A DNA stretch of 64,000 nucleotides from Chrysomallon squamiferum. Lineage: Eukaryota; Animalia; Mollusca. The stretch spans positions 10,602,001-10,666,000 of the forward strand of contig CM022669.1 in assembly GCA_012295275.1 (NCBI GenBank), given 5' to 3'. Made by a program: the position numbers and the translations under genes. The notes beneath the pieces were generated by a model. The model ran no database searches and was not told where the DNA came from. It saw nothing but the letters and a program-made list of their open reading frames with translations. Of this stretch, positions 13,985-39,972 are shown in pieces (within the stretch, counting starts at the first letter, position 1; the number at the start of each line of letters is the position of its first letter).

Positions 13985-14523
13985 CAGGTACCGAACCATT
14001 TATCCGGCCAGCCACAGATCGGAGTTTGAATTTTTTGATACAGGCTAAACATATACCTAAAATGTGAAATCAACCAGGAAAAATAAAGAAAAAAACTGTA
14101 TTTAAAAAGTACAAATTAAGACACTCTTAAAGCAAAGTCGATTTGACCTTAATTTATCCATTAAAACTCTTATAACACCGTTATAAAAATACCATGTATA
14201 ATAAACATGATGAAAATTAAACGAAGAAAAGAAAGAATATACTTTTTTTATTTAAAAAATATAGGAACAAATTAATAAACTTCTTAATACACTTAAGTTT
14301 CTTGCAATGCCTTGAAGATATATTGTTTGAAAAATAGAATACAATAAAATAAAGAACACTATATTATTTAACAGCTATTCAGTACACCTGTGCAGGTGTA
14401 TAATAATGATTTACCTTGACAGCAGGTCTTATTTAATCTTTCGTCTTTACACGAGTATGTCACAGAAACCAAAACAGTGGCCGCCGAAAGGCGAATAACA
14501 ACGCGCCAAATTTAAAAGTTTTG

Positions 14524-14586
<63 letters not shown>

Positions 14587-14638
14587 GCCGGTTTTCTGGA
14601 TTTTCCGGATTTCTGGAAGGCGGATAAATGATTCGGTA
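13985..14638. mobile_element. Probable decayed MITE / non-autonomous DNA transposon (pogo/Tigger-like ends)
   Basis: Left end TA|CAGGTACCGAACCATTTATCCG. CGGATAAATGATTCGGTA (14621-14638) is a 17/18 inverted match to 13989-14006, with subterminal ccggat/ctggat repeats. The right terminus is truncated and no transposase ORF is present. Confidence 0.5.
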
Positions 14639-14688
14639 ATAATAGTGGTAGTAATAGTCGTAATAGTAGATGTAGTAGTAGTAGTATC

Positions 14689-14768
<80 letters not shown>

Positions 14769-14942
14769 ATTTCATGTACAGTGTATTTTCCTAAATATAC
14801 TATGATCATTGTTTATATTTATTAATGATTATTTCGGTATATATATTAATGTAATTATACACAGCATTAAATATCTTATGTATTATATAATACTGATACA
14901 AAAGTATTATTACCAGCATAAAAATTTTCATTTACTAGCACA

Positions 14943-14956
14943 TGTATGTATGTATG

Positions 14957-14988
<32 letters not shown>

Positions 14989-15042
14989 TGTATGTATGTA
15001 TGTATGCATATGTGTGTGTATGTATGTATGTATGTATGTAAG

Positions 15043-15073
<31 letters not shown>

Positions 15074-15086
15074 GTATGTATGTAAG

Positions 15087-15117
<31 letters not shown>

Positions 15118-15164
15118 GTATGTATGTATGTATGTATGTATGTATGTATGTATGTATGTATGTA

Positions 15165-15200
<36 letters not shown>

Positions 15201-15230
15201 CATGCATGTATGTATGTATGTATGTATGTG
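14943..15230. repeat. (TATG)n/(TG)n microsatellite (similar tracts at ~27490-27865, 28870-29190, 31030-31293)
   Basis: Directly visible; source of the spurious MYVC/HTYI ORFs. Confidence 0.95.
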
Positions 15231-16587
15231 TATTGGTGTCTTTGGGTGTATCCTAAGTGTATATGCACACTTTATTCAGTGTAATTTTAAAATCTAAATT
15301 GTTGTTTTTATTTTCATTTTGTATGTTATGGTCTTTAATACACTTATATGGTAATAAATTATACTGATATAATGTATGTGTGACACTAATTTCGGCCAAA
15401 AGTTCAGGGAGACATTTAATGGTCATTGCCAACAGAGAGAGTGTTATTCTGTCAGTCAGTCAACTTGTTTCTTTTTTACCTTTTTTTTTTTGTCTATGTA
15501 AATAATAAATATTTCATAACAAGCACGAAAAAGTATAATGACCAGCAAAAACCTCAAAACTTTCATTATTTCCTCATGACATTAAACCAAGGTGAAAATT
15601 TACGATTTTCTTTTTTAAACAGTAAAAGACTGAACCAGAAGAGACACGCCTCTTTTCATTGCTCCCGTAACTGTCAGCTGATCGTAATTTTAGACACAAG
15701 ATAATTACGCGACATTTGATTGGTGTCAAAACTGAAAGCGCGTCACGTGAGAACGTCGTTTGCAACAAAGCATACTATTATTGGATATTCAAATCAGCTT
15801 GGAAGGAAAATAAAATGTCGACAGATTCATTAATATGTGTCATGATTTTTTTTTCCCCTTTTACTTCTTTCTTCTTTTTCTTTTTGTTTTTCTTTCTTAT
15901 AATAAAAGGTGGAGTTGCGTTTCTGACAGTGAAAATTTAAGTGTTATACAACTGTCATTGTTATATCACCTTGTTTCAAGGACCCACTCTCAACTAAATA
16001 AAAAAAACACTCAATTAAAAAACAAAACAAAACAATAACAACACAAAAACAAACAAAAACAATTAAAACACACACACAAAACCGAACCGTTTAAATTAAT
16101 ATTATTTTCAAGATGACAGCTTCAAATAAACATTTACTGTCGTTTATTTAAGAGGTCAAAATTTAAATGTATGTTGTCATGGTTACATGGTCTCGTTTTG
16201 AACCTGTTTGTATTTCTTATATAAAATATTCAAACAAACAAACATTAAAATGTAGGTCGTTATGACATTCGAGAAAACAAAATCAAGGAGATAAATAAAA
16301 TACTGTCTTTAGAGACAAGGACAAATACGTCAAAACTGATAGACTGAAATGTACTGAATTAGTGCCTGCAGCAGTTATAAATAATCTTGTCAGACTGTAC
16401 CACGTTAAAGAAATCCCTGCGTACGAGGCAGAACGCATTATGTTTCTCTCCTATTTTTATAAAAAAAATTCCATGCCACGATGAAACGTTTTTCGTTTTG
16501 AACGTTTTGAAATGGTTTACAAGTACCTTTTCTGAGGTTTTGTATCGAGCCTTGTATAACTTGCTTGTAAATATTAAGTACGCTTAA

Positions 16588-16638
<51 letters not shown>

Positions 16639-17426
16639 TACTATTATTATTATCATCATCATCATCATCGTCACCATTATCATCATCATTATTAAAACAT
16701 AATAAATAAAAAAATAACTATATAAAAAAAATATTAAAAAAATAACATATGGTAATTTGATTTTAATATGATATGAATGGGAATTATGCGATATATTTTA
16801 ATATTTGAGTACACGGTAAACATTAAGAAAAAATAACCTGCATGTATATCGTTATGGTTTGTCACGCTATATTTGTCATCAGTAAATATGACGTCACAAC
16901 AGTATAACCATAGAATAAATTAACGTACTGATTACGTCCTTAAGTGAAATATTTTTCCGTCTTTCTTCGTGAGCATCTATTTATAGTATGCAGAGGATTA
17001 AATATTATCGTTATATAAATATATGCACGTACGTAACAACTCATTTTATACGTGCCCCAGCAGTGACAAACAGACCAGACGTTTAAACACGACAGAGTGA
17101 GCCACGTCTATTACTGTAACACTATTCTAAACTTAGCCCTAAACTCTTCACACTTTTTAACTGCAGAAGCACAGCGTAAGCAATACTTTATTACTAGGTC
17201 CCTGTCGGCGTAACAGTTGTCACTTGTCAAATTATGACTAGCAGTTAAATTATCATGCACGTGACAAAATCTGTGTTCTTTTATGTGTTCATTGTTACAT
17301 GATATGTTTTCATATAAATTTAAAAAAATAAAAAATAAAAAATTAAATTAAATTAAATTAAAATAAAGAAAAGCAACAAAACAACAACAAAAAATACAAA
17401 TAAAATGACAAAATAATAACAATAAC

Positions 17427-17466
<40 letters not shown>

Positions 17467-17631
17467 TAATAATAATAATAAATAAATTAAATAAAAAAAT
17501 AAAAAAATACATAAATAAGTAAATAAAACAATAAAACACCTCCTTATGGGAACTTGTTACAACGTCACAAAAGCATATACCTAATTATTATGATTACTAA
17601 TGTTGTTGTACACCCAGCAAAAACACACACA

Positions 17632-17734
<103 letters not shown>

Positions 17735-18139
17735 TCCAAATCTTTTAACAAATCAGTGGTTGCAAACAAGGGAGGTAAATCAAAACTGTCGTCTAGATCT
17801 GTCGGATTTTTTTCTCTCTCTCTCTCTCTTTTTTTTTTTTTTTTTCTTTCTGATGTGCAGATTCTCAAAGTGAAGACTGAAGATTTAAATGTCACTAACC
17901 TGACACATGGCAGACTGTTCGCGGGGCGAGAAAAACGCGTAGTTGTAAATGTAATAACAAAACGAAATACGTGAGTTCATGAATGCAAATCGTACTCAGA
18001 ACCGCCGATTCTACACAATTGGAGGTCGCTAATTCCGCACAGCTAGAGAAAACTAAGTTAAACTGCTTGAAAGATTTCACAGAGGAGCACACAGAAATTG
18101 TATGAAAGGAGTCTACGGACAAGACGAGACGAGAAGATC

Positions 18140-19454
18140 ATGTTGGAAACAGCCTGCGTTTTCAGGTATCTGCTTACTGTGAGTATGTGCAAGTTGGTTA
18201 ACGTTACCGTATTTGCTTGTATATAGTTAACACGTTTTTCTTTCTTTTCCAAATTCAGTATGAAAACGTTGGGACCCGACGTATTACCAAGGGCTAGAAG
18301 CCCGTTATTGATTGCTAACTTTTTTTTTTCTCACCTAGATATGAATGTATTAGGTTGATTATGACGATGATGATGATAATACTAGTATATTTAAAGTGTG
18401 TTTGTAAATTGTGGTATTATTATTTTTTTAATTAATATGTATTGATCAAAAGTATCTAAATTATAAGTATATTCATTCTGTACCGGTTTTCAAGGCAAAG
18501 ATTTATCTGCGCCACGAGTATATACGAAAACTTAGCAATAGCAACGTCAATTTCCAAATTTTCATCAACGTTTTCAGTTTCAAACGTAACAGACTAGCAT
18601 TAATTTCTAAAAATTCATCCTTTTTTTTTTTTTTTTTTTTTTTGTTGTTTTTTTTTCTACGTTGATTTATTAAACACTTACTGTATACTTTTTGATTAAC
18701 ATTTTTTTTTTTTTCAGTTAGATTTTTAATATTTGTTATTATTCTTTCATTTGTTGTACGTTATTGTGAACTATCATCTGTAACAGTAAATTATAATAAT
18801 ATTAATTATATATATTTTCTGGCCTATTTAGATTCTTCATAATTCAGTACTAAAAGAAGAATTTTAAACAGTGGTTTTAGAAATAATAACTTCATCATTG
18901 AAACTGAATGAATGAATGAATGAACGAACGAATAAATAATAACAGTATTCGGCTCCGCTCCTATTTCTACTGTTACTATTCTTAATAACAACAATATTAG
19001 TAATAGTGTTAATACTACTACAATCACTACTATAACTATTAATAATAATAATAATAATAATTATAATAAATTTAATTCAGCAATAATCAGTTATAAGCAA
19101 ATAGCTAATTTAAACATAATCGTTACTTTTTACAAACTTCAGCCTATTCTATGTTAATCTCTGCTAATTCTGTCATTATTTTTCTCTGTCACTTTATGGA
19201 TTAAGGTAACAACAGAAGCAGTCTAAGAATAATATATTAATGTAAACATCTATTTATATTATTTTGTATTCTGGTATTTCCGTGTTGCTTGAGATATGTC
19301 TGAGCCAGAGTTTGTCATTGTTTTGTAATATGCTGATTTGGAAAGTACGTAAGATCTTTTAAAATTTAATATGAGTTCAGGCTTTTCCTGTTTGTTTTTC
19401 CTGTTTTTCTTTCTCTTTCTCGTTTATATATTTATTTATTTATTATAATAATAA

Positions 19455-19521
<67 letters not shown>

Positions 19522-20608
19522 TTTACTTTAGTTTAGTTTAGTTTAAACAAATATGAAAGTTATCTTGCCGAAATTTTCATAAATGTATAGCTACATATTG
19601 TCGTTATGTTATTACCATTATTACCATCATCATCATAATCATCATCATCATTTATTTATTTTTGTATTTAATTTTTGTATTTATTTATTTATTTATTTAT
19701 TTCAGATACTCGTAGTAGTGGTGCTGCTCAACATAGTCTGTAACGGAATAATCTCGCATGGACAGGACAGTGGTTTGGACACATCAGTTAAACATAACCT
19801 GGTATTTCACAGCCTGAAGCGCCGTTCAGCTTCCAAGTCCATCGGTAACCTTCGCATAGAAAGAAAGGGGCCGTCGTCTCTCACCGTCAAACACAAAGGC
19901 AGGACGCTGCACTATAACGGGCGGGGGGTTGTCAACGGGATGTTGCAGGAGTATTTCGGAGTTCAGCCTCGTTCTGCATCATCTACGGCACTCAACGATC
20001 CTCAAAGTCTGATCAGCAACCCGAACCAGGCAGTTTCCTCCAGCAGTTCGTACACCTCTGGACGCGAGAGGTACAGTCTAGCCAATCCTCGACCCGAGCA
20101 GTCGAAACAACCCAACGTGGTGCACAGCAGCAGCAGCAGCAGCAACTCCAGATACGTCAGTCGCCAAGACTCGAAATCGTCCCTTTCTGGACAAGTCATC
20201 GACAGCTCGAGAGAACCCGGTCGAAGAAGCGGTCGACCTTACGCCTTGCAAGAGCGGCAAAGAGCCAGAACGAACTACTGGAGCAACATGGGCGACCGCG
20301 CTCCCGCCAGGCCCGTCTTGTCGAGGAAACCTTCGTACGTGGAATACTTCAGAATGCGCGACAGAAAGTCAGACAAGGCAGGGCAGACGTTTTCTGGATA
20401 CGCTTTCCGCATCAAGCAGGAAGACAGGCTGCTGTTTCCTCAGTACGGAGAGGAACATTTGAGGGCAGTGACAGGCCTGTCCATGTATCCGTCCACAGTG
20501 TCCGATTACTACGGTCCTCGCAAGACGCTGGAATTGGTATCCGAGGCCGTTATTAATGGAATGTACGCACAATATTTCGGTGTTAAACAACAACAAGCTC
20601 CACAGTAA
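18140..20608 (+). CDS. Orphan secreted basic S/R-rich protein 3 (~313 aa); exons 18140-18178 and 19706-20608
   Basis: ATG TTG GAA...CTT ACT|GTGAGT joins in phase 0 to tttcag|ATA CTC GTA, giving a strong signal peptide MLETACVFRYLLT-ILVVVVLLNIVCNG. The exon is GC-rich and AATAAA follows at ~20745. Confidence 0.82.
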
Positions 20609-22501
20609 TTACGGAACAAAAACGTTAGAGTAAAAATAACAAATTTGTTTTCTTTGTTACGTTTTGTTGGCACAAGTTTTTTTTTTTTTTGTTGTTGAAT
20701 ACAAAATATCTTCGTATGTTAATATTTGTTGTGGTCATTATGGAAATAAACTGCAAGGAAAAACATCTGTCGAGTTATTCATTTATTTATTTTGATTTTA
20801 ATTTCTAGTGTACAATGTTGTTTTGATTGAAATATCGTTTTAAATGACTTTATATGATTCACTATGATTTTTTTTTTTTTTGGAAACTTTATTTTATTAG
20901 TAAACAGATTTTACTGATTGTCGATCGATTCGTTTCCACCTGTCTCTCGGTCGATCTCTCTGTCTGTTTCATTCTCTGCATTTCTTTTTCATTGGTTTTC
21001 TGTATGTCTTTCACAGTATCTGTTATGTACATCTAAATGTATGTGTGTATGTCTGTATGAATGTATGAATATGCACGAATATGTATGTGTGTGTATGTGT
21101 GTACGTACGTACAGATATCTACTGACACATCAAATTATATAAAACATTTGAACGTTCTCGCGCCTATGTGTTACTTTTGGCAAAATTATTACATCACTAG
21201 ATTAACGTAAATAACACTTAATAGTTGCAATTAACAATAAACTTGAGATGTTTGAGAACAGCAAGACACATGTAAACATTTTGTATTAATTACGGTGCTA
21301 AACAGAGCTCTGCATATTAGTTTTGCTATGAGCATTTTAAGTATTCAAAATAAACACTTAGATCGCGAGCAATGGTTTAGCAATCTTTTAAATCACTACT
21401 AGTTGATCTTAAATATTAAGTTGATACGGAAAAGAAGTTTTTTTCTGGTTATAAATTTCATGTTTATCTGTATCATAATATATTTTTTATTTCTAAAATA
21501 TCTACCAACACTTTATGATGCAGTTTGTTTTCAGAAATCCTGACTCAGCCCTTCATTTCGTTCGTTTTTATTGTAGTTTATTGACAACAATGACACACTG
21601 CATTATAAATCAGTCATTGTTAAACTGTTTCAGTGTCATTAACTACCACAGTTCATTCAACCGCGACTAATGTTTCTTATTTTTTTCTTATTTTTTCTTA
21701 TTTATTATTATTATTATTTTTATTATCATTATCATCATCATCATCATGGTGAATATGATCATGACCATCATCATCATCATTATTATTGTTATTATGATGA
21801 TGATGATCACCATCATCATTATTATTAATATTATCATTATTATTATTAATATTATCATTATCATTGTTATTATTATTATTATTATTTTATCTTTTATTAT
21901 TATTATTATTATTATTATCATTTTTTGTTGTTGCAATTATCACCTCAGGTTTCGTTCACCTCAAAATAATTTAATTCATCCACGGTTGAATTATTCACCT
22001 GTATGAGAAGTGCTATTATAAATAACCAAAAAAAAAAAAAAAAGAAATAAACTGAATAAACTATTGCAACACGTCCCCTCCTTCAGGCTAAAATAATGTG
22101 AAAGCCACTCGTTTTTAAAAATAAAAACAAAATAAAATAAACTCAAGAAAAGAATCCATTTTAAGTATCAAACGTTTTGGTTTGCTACTTATGAATCACG
22201 ATATACATGTCACGAGTGTTTGCTTTAAGACTTTGATTTATCATTCTAAGACAACGTTGTCAATCTTCCACTTTCCACAAGCGTATAAATCTCCTTTTAT
22301 TAGTTCGTGTCGTAATTTTTTTTTTGTCATGTTCTGCCGGTCTCGGCTACCTGTAATCTAGAAGGATATATTTTAGTATACAGCGTGCACTTTTAAAGCG
22401 TCTTTCAGAGACAGTGATGTTTCTGGTTTATGGTCCTTGAAGATTTCACCAGCAGACGAGAGTTAATGGACGCAGACGACAATTTCATAAATCCAAGATG
22501 G

Positions 22502-23980
22502 ATGACGTTTGCCGCAGCAAAACGAAACTGGGTAAGAATTGAAATTACGATTATAAACGAAAAGAACTGGAAAAATTGAGTACGAAATTAAAATAGAATA
22601 TATATATTATGAAAAAGAAATCAAAATGGTTAAAAAAAAAGTATAGTAATATAGGTTGTCTTCGTATTAGCAGTAATAACATCAAATATAGCATCGTCAT
22701 CAACAAAACAGTATTAAAACATGCACCGCTGCTATTATTACCACTTCTTGAACAACAAAAAAAACCACCACCACCACCACAACAACAACAACAACAACAA
22801 TAACAATAATAAATTTGGTCTGCTGCGGCTCCTGGTTCTGCCGTTCCTGTACTGGTAAGTGAATAACTAAATAAATAAATAACTAAATGTATGAAAGAAT
22901 GAATTGATGAATAAATAAATAAACAAAAAATAATAATAAATAGATAATATTAATATCACGTGTCTGTTAAGTTGTTAATGAGGCAATTTACTTTTAAATA
23001 AGGAAGTCAAGAAAACGGAATGATATCAGTATTTCATAAATAACGTTCGCACAGTACAGCCTGTCATATTATGAACATGTATATCGTCAGCTCGCAGTAA
23101 ACCTGTCACTTACGTATTATGTTATTATCACATGACAAACCCGTGCACTCAGGTACAAGGTACCAACTGAAGACGTATATTATTAATAAATCTACGTCGT
23201 GACGTCATTGTCAGCTTGACGGATTCGTCAAATGACCTTTGGTGTTTGTATTTTGTATTACTATAATGACTCGATAGTACTTAATGTAATTATTTTACTA
23301 GTATCAAAAGCCACTTTTCAAACTATAACTTTTTTTCCACATACAAAACGTATATTACATTGGTTTTATAACGCTATTTTTTCCCTAGCTAATACATCAT
23401 TTATTACAAACGGCTTTTCGTAGTTTCTGATAGATAGCAAGGTTTTTATATTTCTTCGTTATGATGTTTTTATTGGTTTAGATAATTAGTAAGATTCTTA
23501 TGTTATTTTTTCTCATTACAAAATTTCTGATTTGCTGAATTTGACAATATTTATCTTTTAATTGTCTTGGATAGTTAGTAAGGTTCTTGTTATATTTTCT
23601 TATTACAAAATTTCTGATTAGCTAAATTTTACATATTTCTCTTTTAATTTCTTAATTTTGTTTTTCAGATTTGTTTTGGAATTTTAAGCTTTCTGATGAC
23701 GTGTTGTGTGGAATCTATACACAATGTAAAATTTCCGAAACCAAATCTTAACAGCAAAATAATTCTTATTCCAAGAGTTTATGCTCGAAGGTATTCTCAC
23801 AGAACATATATTCCACTGCATGGTACGACAGACAAAGCAGTTGGAAAGAAAACTGATAAAGTATTCAACCGCACACAAGAAAACAAGAAACCAACAATAA
23901 TTAACGAGGTGAGAAAGTTTGATGTTCACAGACAAAGTAAAAAAGATTTCGGTCTCTCAAGAAACAGATTGCCTTATTAA
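22502..23980 (+). CDS. Orphan secreted basic protein 4 (~113 aa as assembled; possibly frameshifted and extending to 24362); exons 22502-22531 and 23669-23980
   Basis: ATG ACG TTT GCC GCA GCA AAA CGA AAC TGG|GTAAGA joins in phase 0 to tttttcag|ATT TGT: MTFAAAKRNW-ICFGILSFLMTCCVES (signal-peptide-like), followed by a K/R-rich region. An overlapping ORF at 23919-24362 is in the +1 frame. Confidence 0.62.
23486..23650. repeat. Two-copy ~90-bp tandem duplication just upstream of the gene 4 acceptor
   Basis: ttagtaag.ttctt..ttat..attacaaaatttctgatt.gct.aattt.aca.atttt..tcttttaatt occurs twice. Confidence 0.7.
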
Positions 23981-25912
23981 GAAGACGTTAAATATTTCCG
24001 ATAATCCGATAAATCAGGTATATCAATCTAGCTTGGGATTCTATTCAGATAACAGAAGCAGTTATCCGAAAGACATTCAGGTGCGTTGGAAAAGTGGTGG
24101 AATTATAGACATGACAGTATTTCCGGTTACATTTCCTAGAATTCATGGACGCGGTAGCTCAGATAAAAAAAGCCAGCCGCAAATTTCAAGACAAATATTT
24201 TCAGTTCGTAACGATAAAACCTTTTCGCAAAACCAGAATACGAAAGAGTCTAGAAATGAACGTTTACAAACTTTCCAAAACAGACCAACTACAAACGAAG
24301 CAGAAGACAAGAGAGTCATTGTTCGCACAATTGTGGCGAGAAAAGAATTTCAAAAAGGCTGATTGTCAAATACAATACATTTAAAGAATATTCATTAATA
24401 GTGTTAAAAATATTCCTATTTCATAAGGGTAACGTGCAAATAATATTAATATTACGTTTATAATTATTATTACCTTATTTTATTTCAAAAGGCATAACAG
24501 TTCCAGAATATTATTGTTTATTTTTTATATTTATTATCTGAAAACGTTTGCTAATAACAAATTCTCTATTTATTGCTACATGAACTGTTTTGCCTTCCTC
24601 AGGTAAATTAAACTCTTACTTCTAACATGATTCAAATTGACATAAAAAGCTGCGTCTCAGAGATATAGCGGCCGCAGGTTCGGTCGTAATACGTAGATGA
24701 TTTCACCTTTAAAACACTCTACTGATAAAACAATTATAATTTTTGTGGTGTCCTGTTTTTATTAAAGTCTATACAAAAAGTCTCACTGTGCTGATCAACA
24801 ACAGTAATCGTCAGCTCAGCGACAGAAGCCAAATCACACTGTTTACAGTTGCAGCCTGATTTCCACACAGTTTCTCGATTACTGTGAGAACAAATGACAT
24901 CATTCGACAGAATAGGTCACGAAAGGAGTTATTAATTATTGGCAATCACAAACAACACACACCAATTAGTTATCACTGGTCGCATAATCAAAAGCGTAAT
25001 GGCCAAGCCAGGAGACCAGAACTGTGTCTCGTGTCAGATATTTTCGACATGTTTGGTCAATGAAAGGTTCAGCTGAATCAGACTGTGTGATGACTGATTC
25101 TGTATTGATTACAAAACCACGTTAATTTCGGAAGTGAATACATCTGTGAGTAACTGTAACAGCAAGAATAAATTTACCTTTGAATAAAACAGATTTATTC
25201 TTCTGACTGACCTTTAAAAGAGGCTCGTTTTATTTACACACGCACACACAACTTCATACATGCATACATACATACATGTGCATACACATACGAACTTACA
25301 GACTTATACACATACATACATATATACATACACATTCATACGTGCGTACCTACCTACCAACCTACTTACATATATAAATACATACATAAGCACATATATA
25401 CGTACAACCATAGAAAGAATAATGGAGCAACACTTCTAATTCTTCGCCAAAAACAACAACAAACAAAACAGACAAGGTAAGGACAAGAGTAAAAAAAAAA
25501 ATCCCACGAATTTCGTACAGGTTTTTGACACAAAGAAATGAATTATCTGTTAGTAATTTGCGACAATGAGCAGCCAGAAGAAAGAATATATCCTTGGGGA
25601 GATGTCATAACGAGTTAGTCACGAATATCTCGTGTGACTGCTGGATGCAGTATCTTCTGTAAATCAAGGCTGGAATTCCCCGCTGACAACGGAGTAGTAT
25701 TTTTATTACAGTGCGGATTTAGAGGAAGTTGGTATTACTTTGTAGAGTTCATGGATCTCTGACAGTAATACAGGATACAGCATTTTTGATATAGTAAAGG
25801 AATTTATAATGTTAAACTGATAGAAATAATACTATAAGTTATAAAAAAATAATATAGTCTAATTAGTAAGCGATAAGCAAAGAGTACCATAATATAAAAC
25901 AGACACGTAACT

Positions 25913-26350
25913 ACACATACAAACAACAATACTGTACCACAGTGAACTGTATGATACAGAACACACATACAAACAACAATACTGTACCACAGTGAACTGT
26001 ATGATACAGAACACACATACAAACAACAATACTGTACACACAGTGAACTGTATGATACAGAACACACATACAAACAACAATACTGTACCACAGTGAACTG
26101 TATGATACAGAACACACATACAAACAACAATACTGTACCACAGTGAACTGTATGATACAGAACACACATACAAACAACAATACTGTACCACAGTGAACTG
26201 TATGATACAGAACACACATACAAACAACAATACTATACCACAGTGAACTGTATGATACAGAACAATACTGTACCACAGTGAACTGTATGATACAGAACAC
26301 ACATACAAACAACAATACTATACCACAGTGAACTGTATGATACAGAACAA
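25913..26350. repeat. 50-bp minisatellite, ~9 units
   Basis: Unit aacacacatacaaacaacaatactgtaccacagtgaactgtatgatacag; the core cagtgaactg recurs at ~50-bp spacing, with one internally deleted unit. Confidence 0.95.
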
Positions 26351-26817
26351 AATAAAAACCATAGCATACATAACACAGTAAGTCACGCCATATTCAAAAC
26401 ACACATTCATACACAGACAAAAACATACACTCACAAACATATACAAATATATACTCACAAGTAACTCCAGAAATAAAAACACACACTGACACACACAGAT
26501 ACAACTATTTACTCACAAACAACTCCACACACACACACACAGAGATACGCACGCATGCACGCACACGATTACCACGCCACATAGATTAAACCAAGAAAGT
26601 ATACACTGTTAGTCACACATATAAAGAATTTTTTTTTTGTATTGTAATGGTTCGTGTCAAATCTACAACCACTAATGCAAATCTACAATTTTTATTTATT
26701 CAAAGAAGACCTGATACATTATGATGCATTACAGTAGAAACATTATATGAATGACGAAACAATTGTTCACAAATACATATAATACAACATAAATAAATAA
26801 CAGTAGAGTTTTCACAG

Positions 26818-26990
26818 ATGAGGTAATTTGGTCTCATATTTGTGGCGTTTTCCCCCAAACAGGGATTCAACTCGTGATAATGAATATTTTATCAGTGAAT
26901 AATAAAATAATTCTTCACGGAAAAAAAATGTTACTTTTGGGAACCAAAACACGAAAAATAAAATAGCTTTATATGAAGTTTATATATTCA
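26818..26990 (+). repeat. Degenerate dispersed repeat, copy B (copy A at ~6486-6620)
   Basis: Collinear similarity with 6486-6620, aligned by eye. Confidence 0.55.
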
Positions 26991-27180
26991 AGTGGACTAA
27001 ATTGATTCTGCTTATGTTAAAGGAAACATTTATTTACTCCTATCGTTATATATAGCTATTTATTTATTTATTTATTATTATTGTATTATTTTTTTATTTA
27101 AAATGGATCATATGAACTTATTTTATTTCATTTTATAACAAATATAATTAAATAAACTTTAATAACATAGTCATCAATTT

Positions 27181-27212
<32 letters not shown>

Positions 27213-27487
27213 AATTAAAAACAAAATAAATGATTTGTAAAAAACAAAATACAAATGTCTTTAAGCACTAAGTTAAATTAATGACGATGTTCTCAATTCC
27301 CGGTTACACAGAGTTATACATGTATGTTTTTCAGTTTTATTTTAACTGATATAAAACTAAAAACAAGAGTTTGTTACAATTTCCTGAGATTTTGTTTCTT
27401 ATTCTGTGAATCTTACACAGAGCTTCTCCTCGCTAATATTCCAATGAGAGGCACCTTACTCTTATATTTATATTTCTTGAAAAACAC

Positions 27488-27530
<43 letters not shown>

Positions 27531-28280
27531 ACACACACACAGACACACACTCAGACACACACACAGACACACACAGACACACACACACACAGACACACAC
27601 ACACACAAACACACACACACAGACAGAAGCACACTCAGACACACACATATAGATATGTACGTGTGTAGGTATTTATGCACGTATATGTGTATGTATGTAT
27701 GTATGTGTGTGTGTATGTGTGTATGTATGTATGTAGTATGTGTATATATATATATATGTATGCATATGTATGTATATGTGTGTGTATGTATGTATGTATT
27801 TATGTATGTATATATGTAAGTATGTATGTATGTATAGTATGTATGTATGTATGTATGTATGTATGGATTTGCTCTTATGCAGCAGCCTTTTTGTAGGTAT
27901 CTACAATAATCATTTGAAGAACAGTAAATATCTACTTCATGTATTTCATATAACAGTATTACACTGAGTAATATGCATGTGTGCATGCCTGTAAGTATAT
28001 ATTCATATATGTATAGGTACATATATGTTCGTATATATATACATACATATATATGTGTGTATATTTAAAATTAGGTAATCATTCCTGATGAAGTCCACCA
28101 GACTGACAAAGTAATAATAAAATAATATTTTACTTATTTCTTATTTTTTCCGCTCGTTGTTCAGATTTTTTTTTCCCTTCAACTTAATCAAATTAATATA
28201 AATCTGATATTCATGGGCATAAAATGCAACTCTTTTTCTATTTCAGTATTTGGTGTTTTCTTTAAACAAAGAGAGAACTA

Positions 28281-39972
<11,692 letters not shown>

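Noticed and set aside
25913-26350. CRISPR-like appearance of the 50-bp, 27-bp and 94-bp arrays
   Set aside because: Units are head-to-tail with no unique spacers, there are no cas genes, and the context is eukaryotic.
28085-28110. Hammerhead-like CTGATGA-AGTC-cacca-GACT-GACA
   Set aside because: The GAAA core is broken and I could not form stems I and III with a cleavage triplet. At most a decayed Penelope-type remnant.
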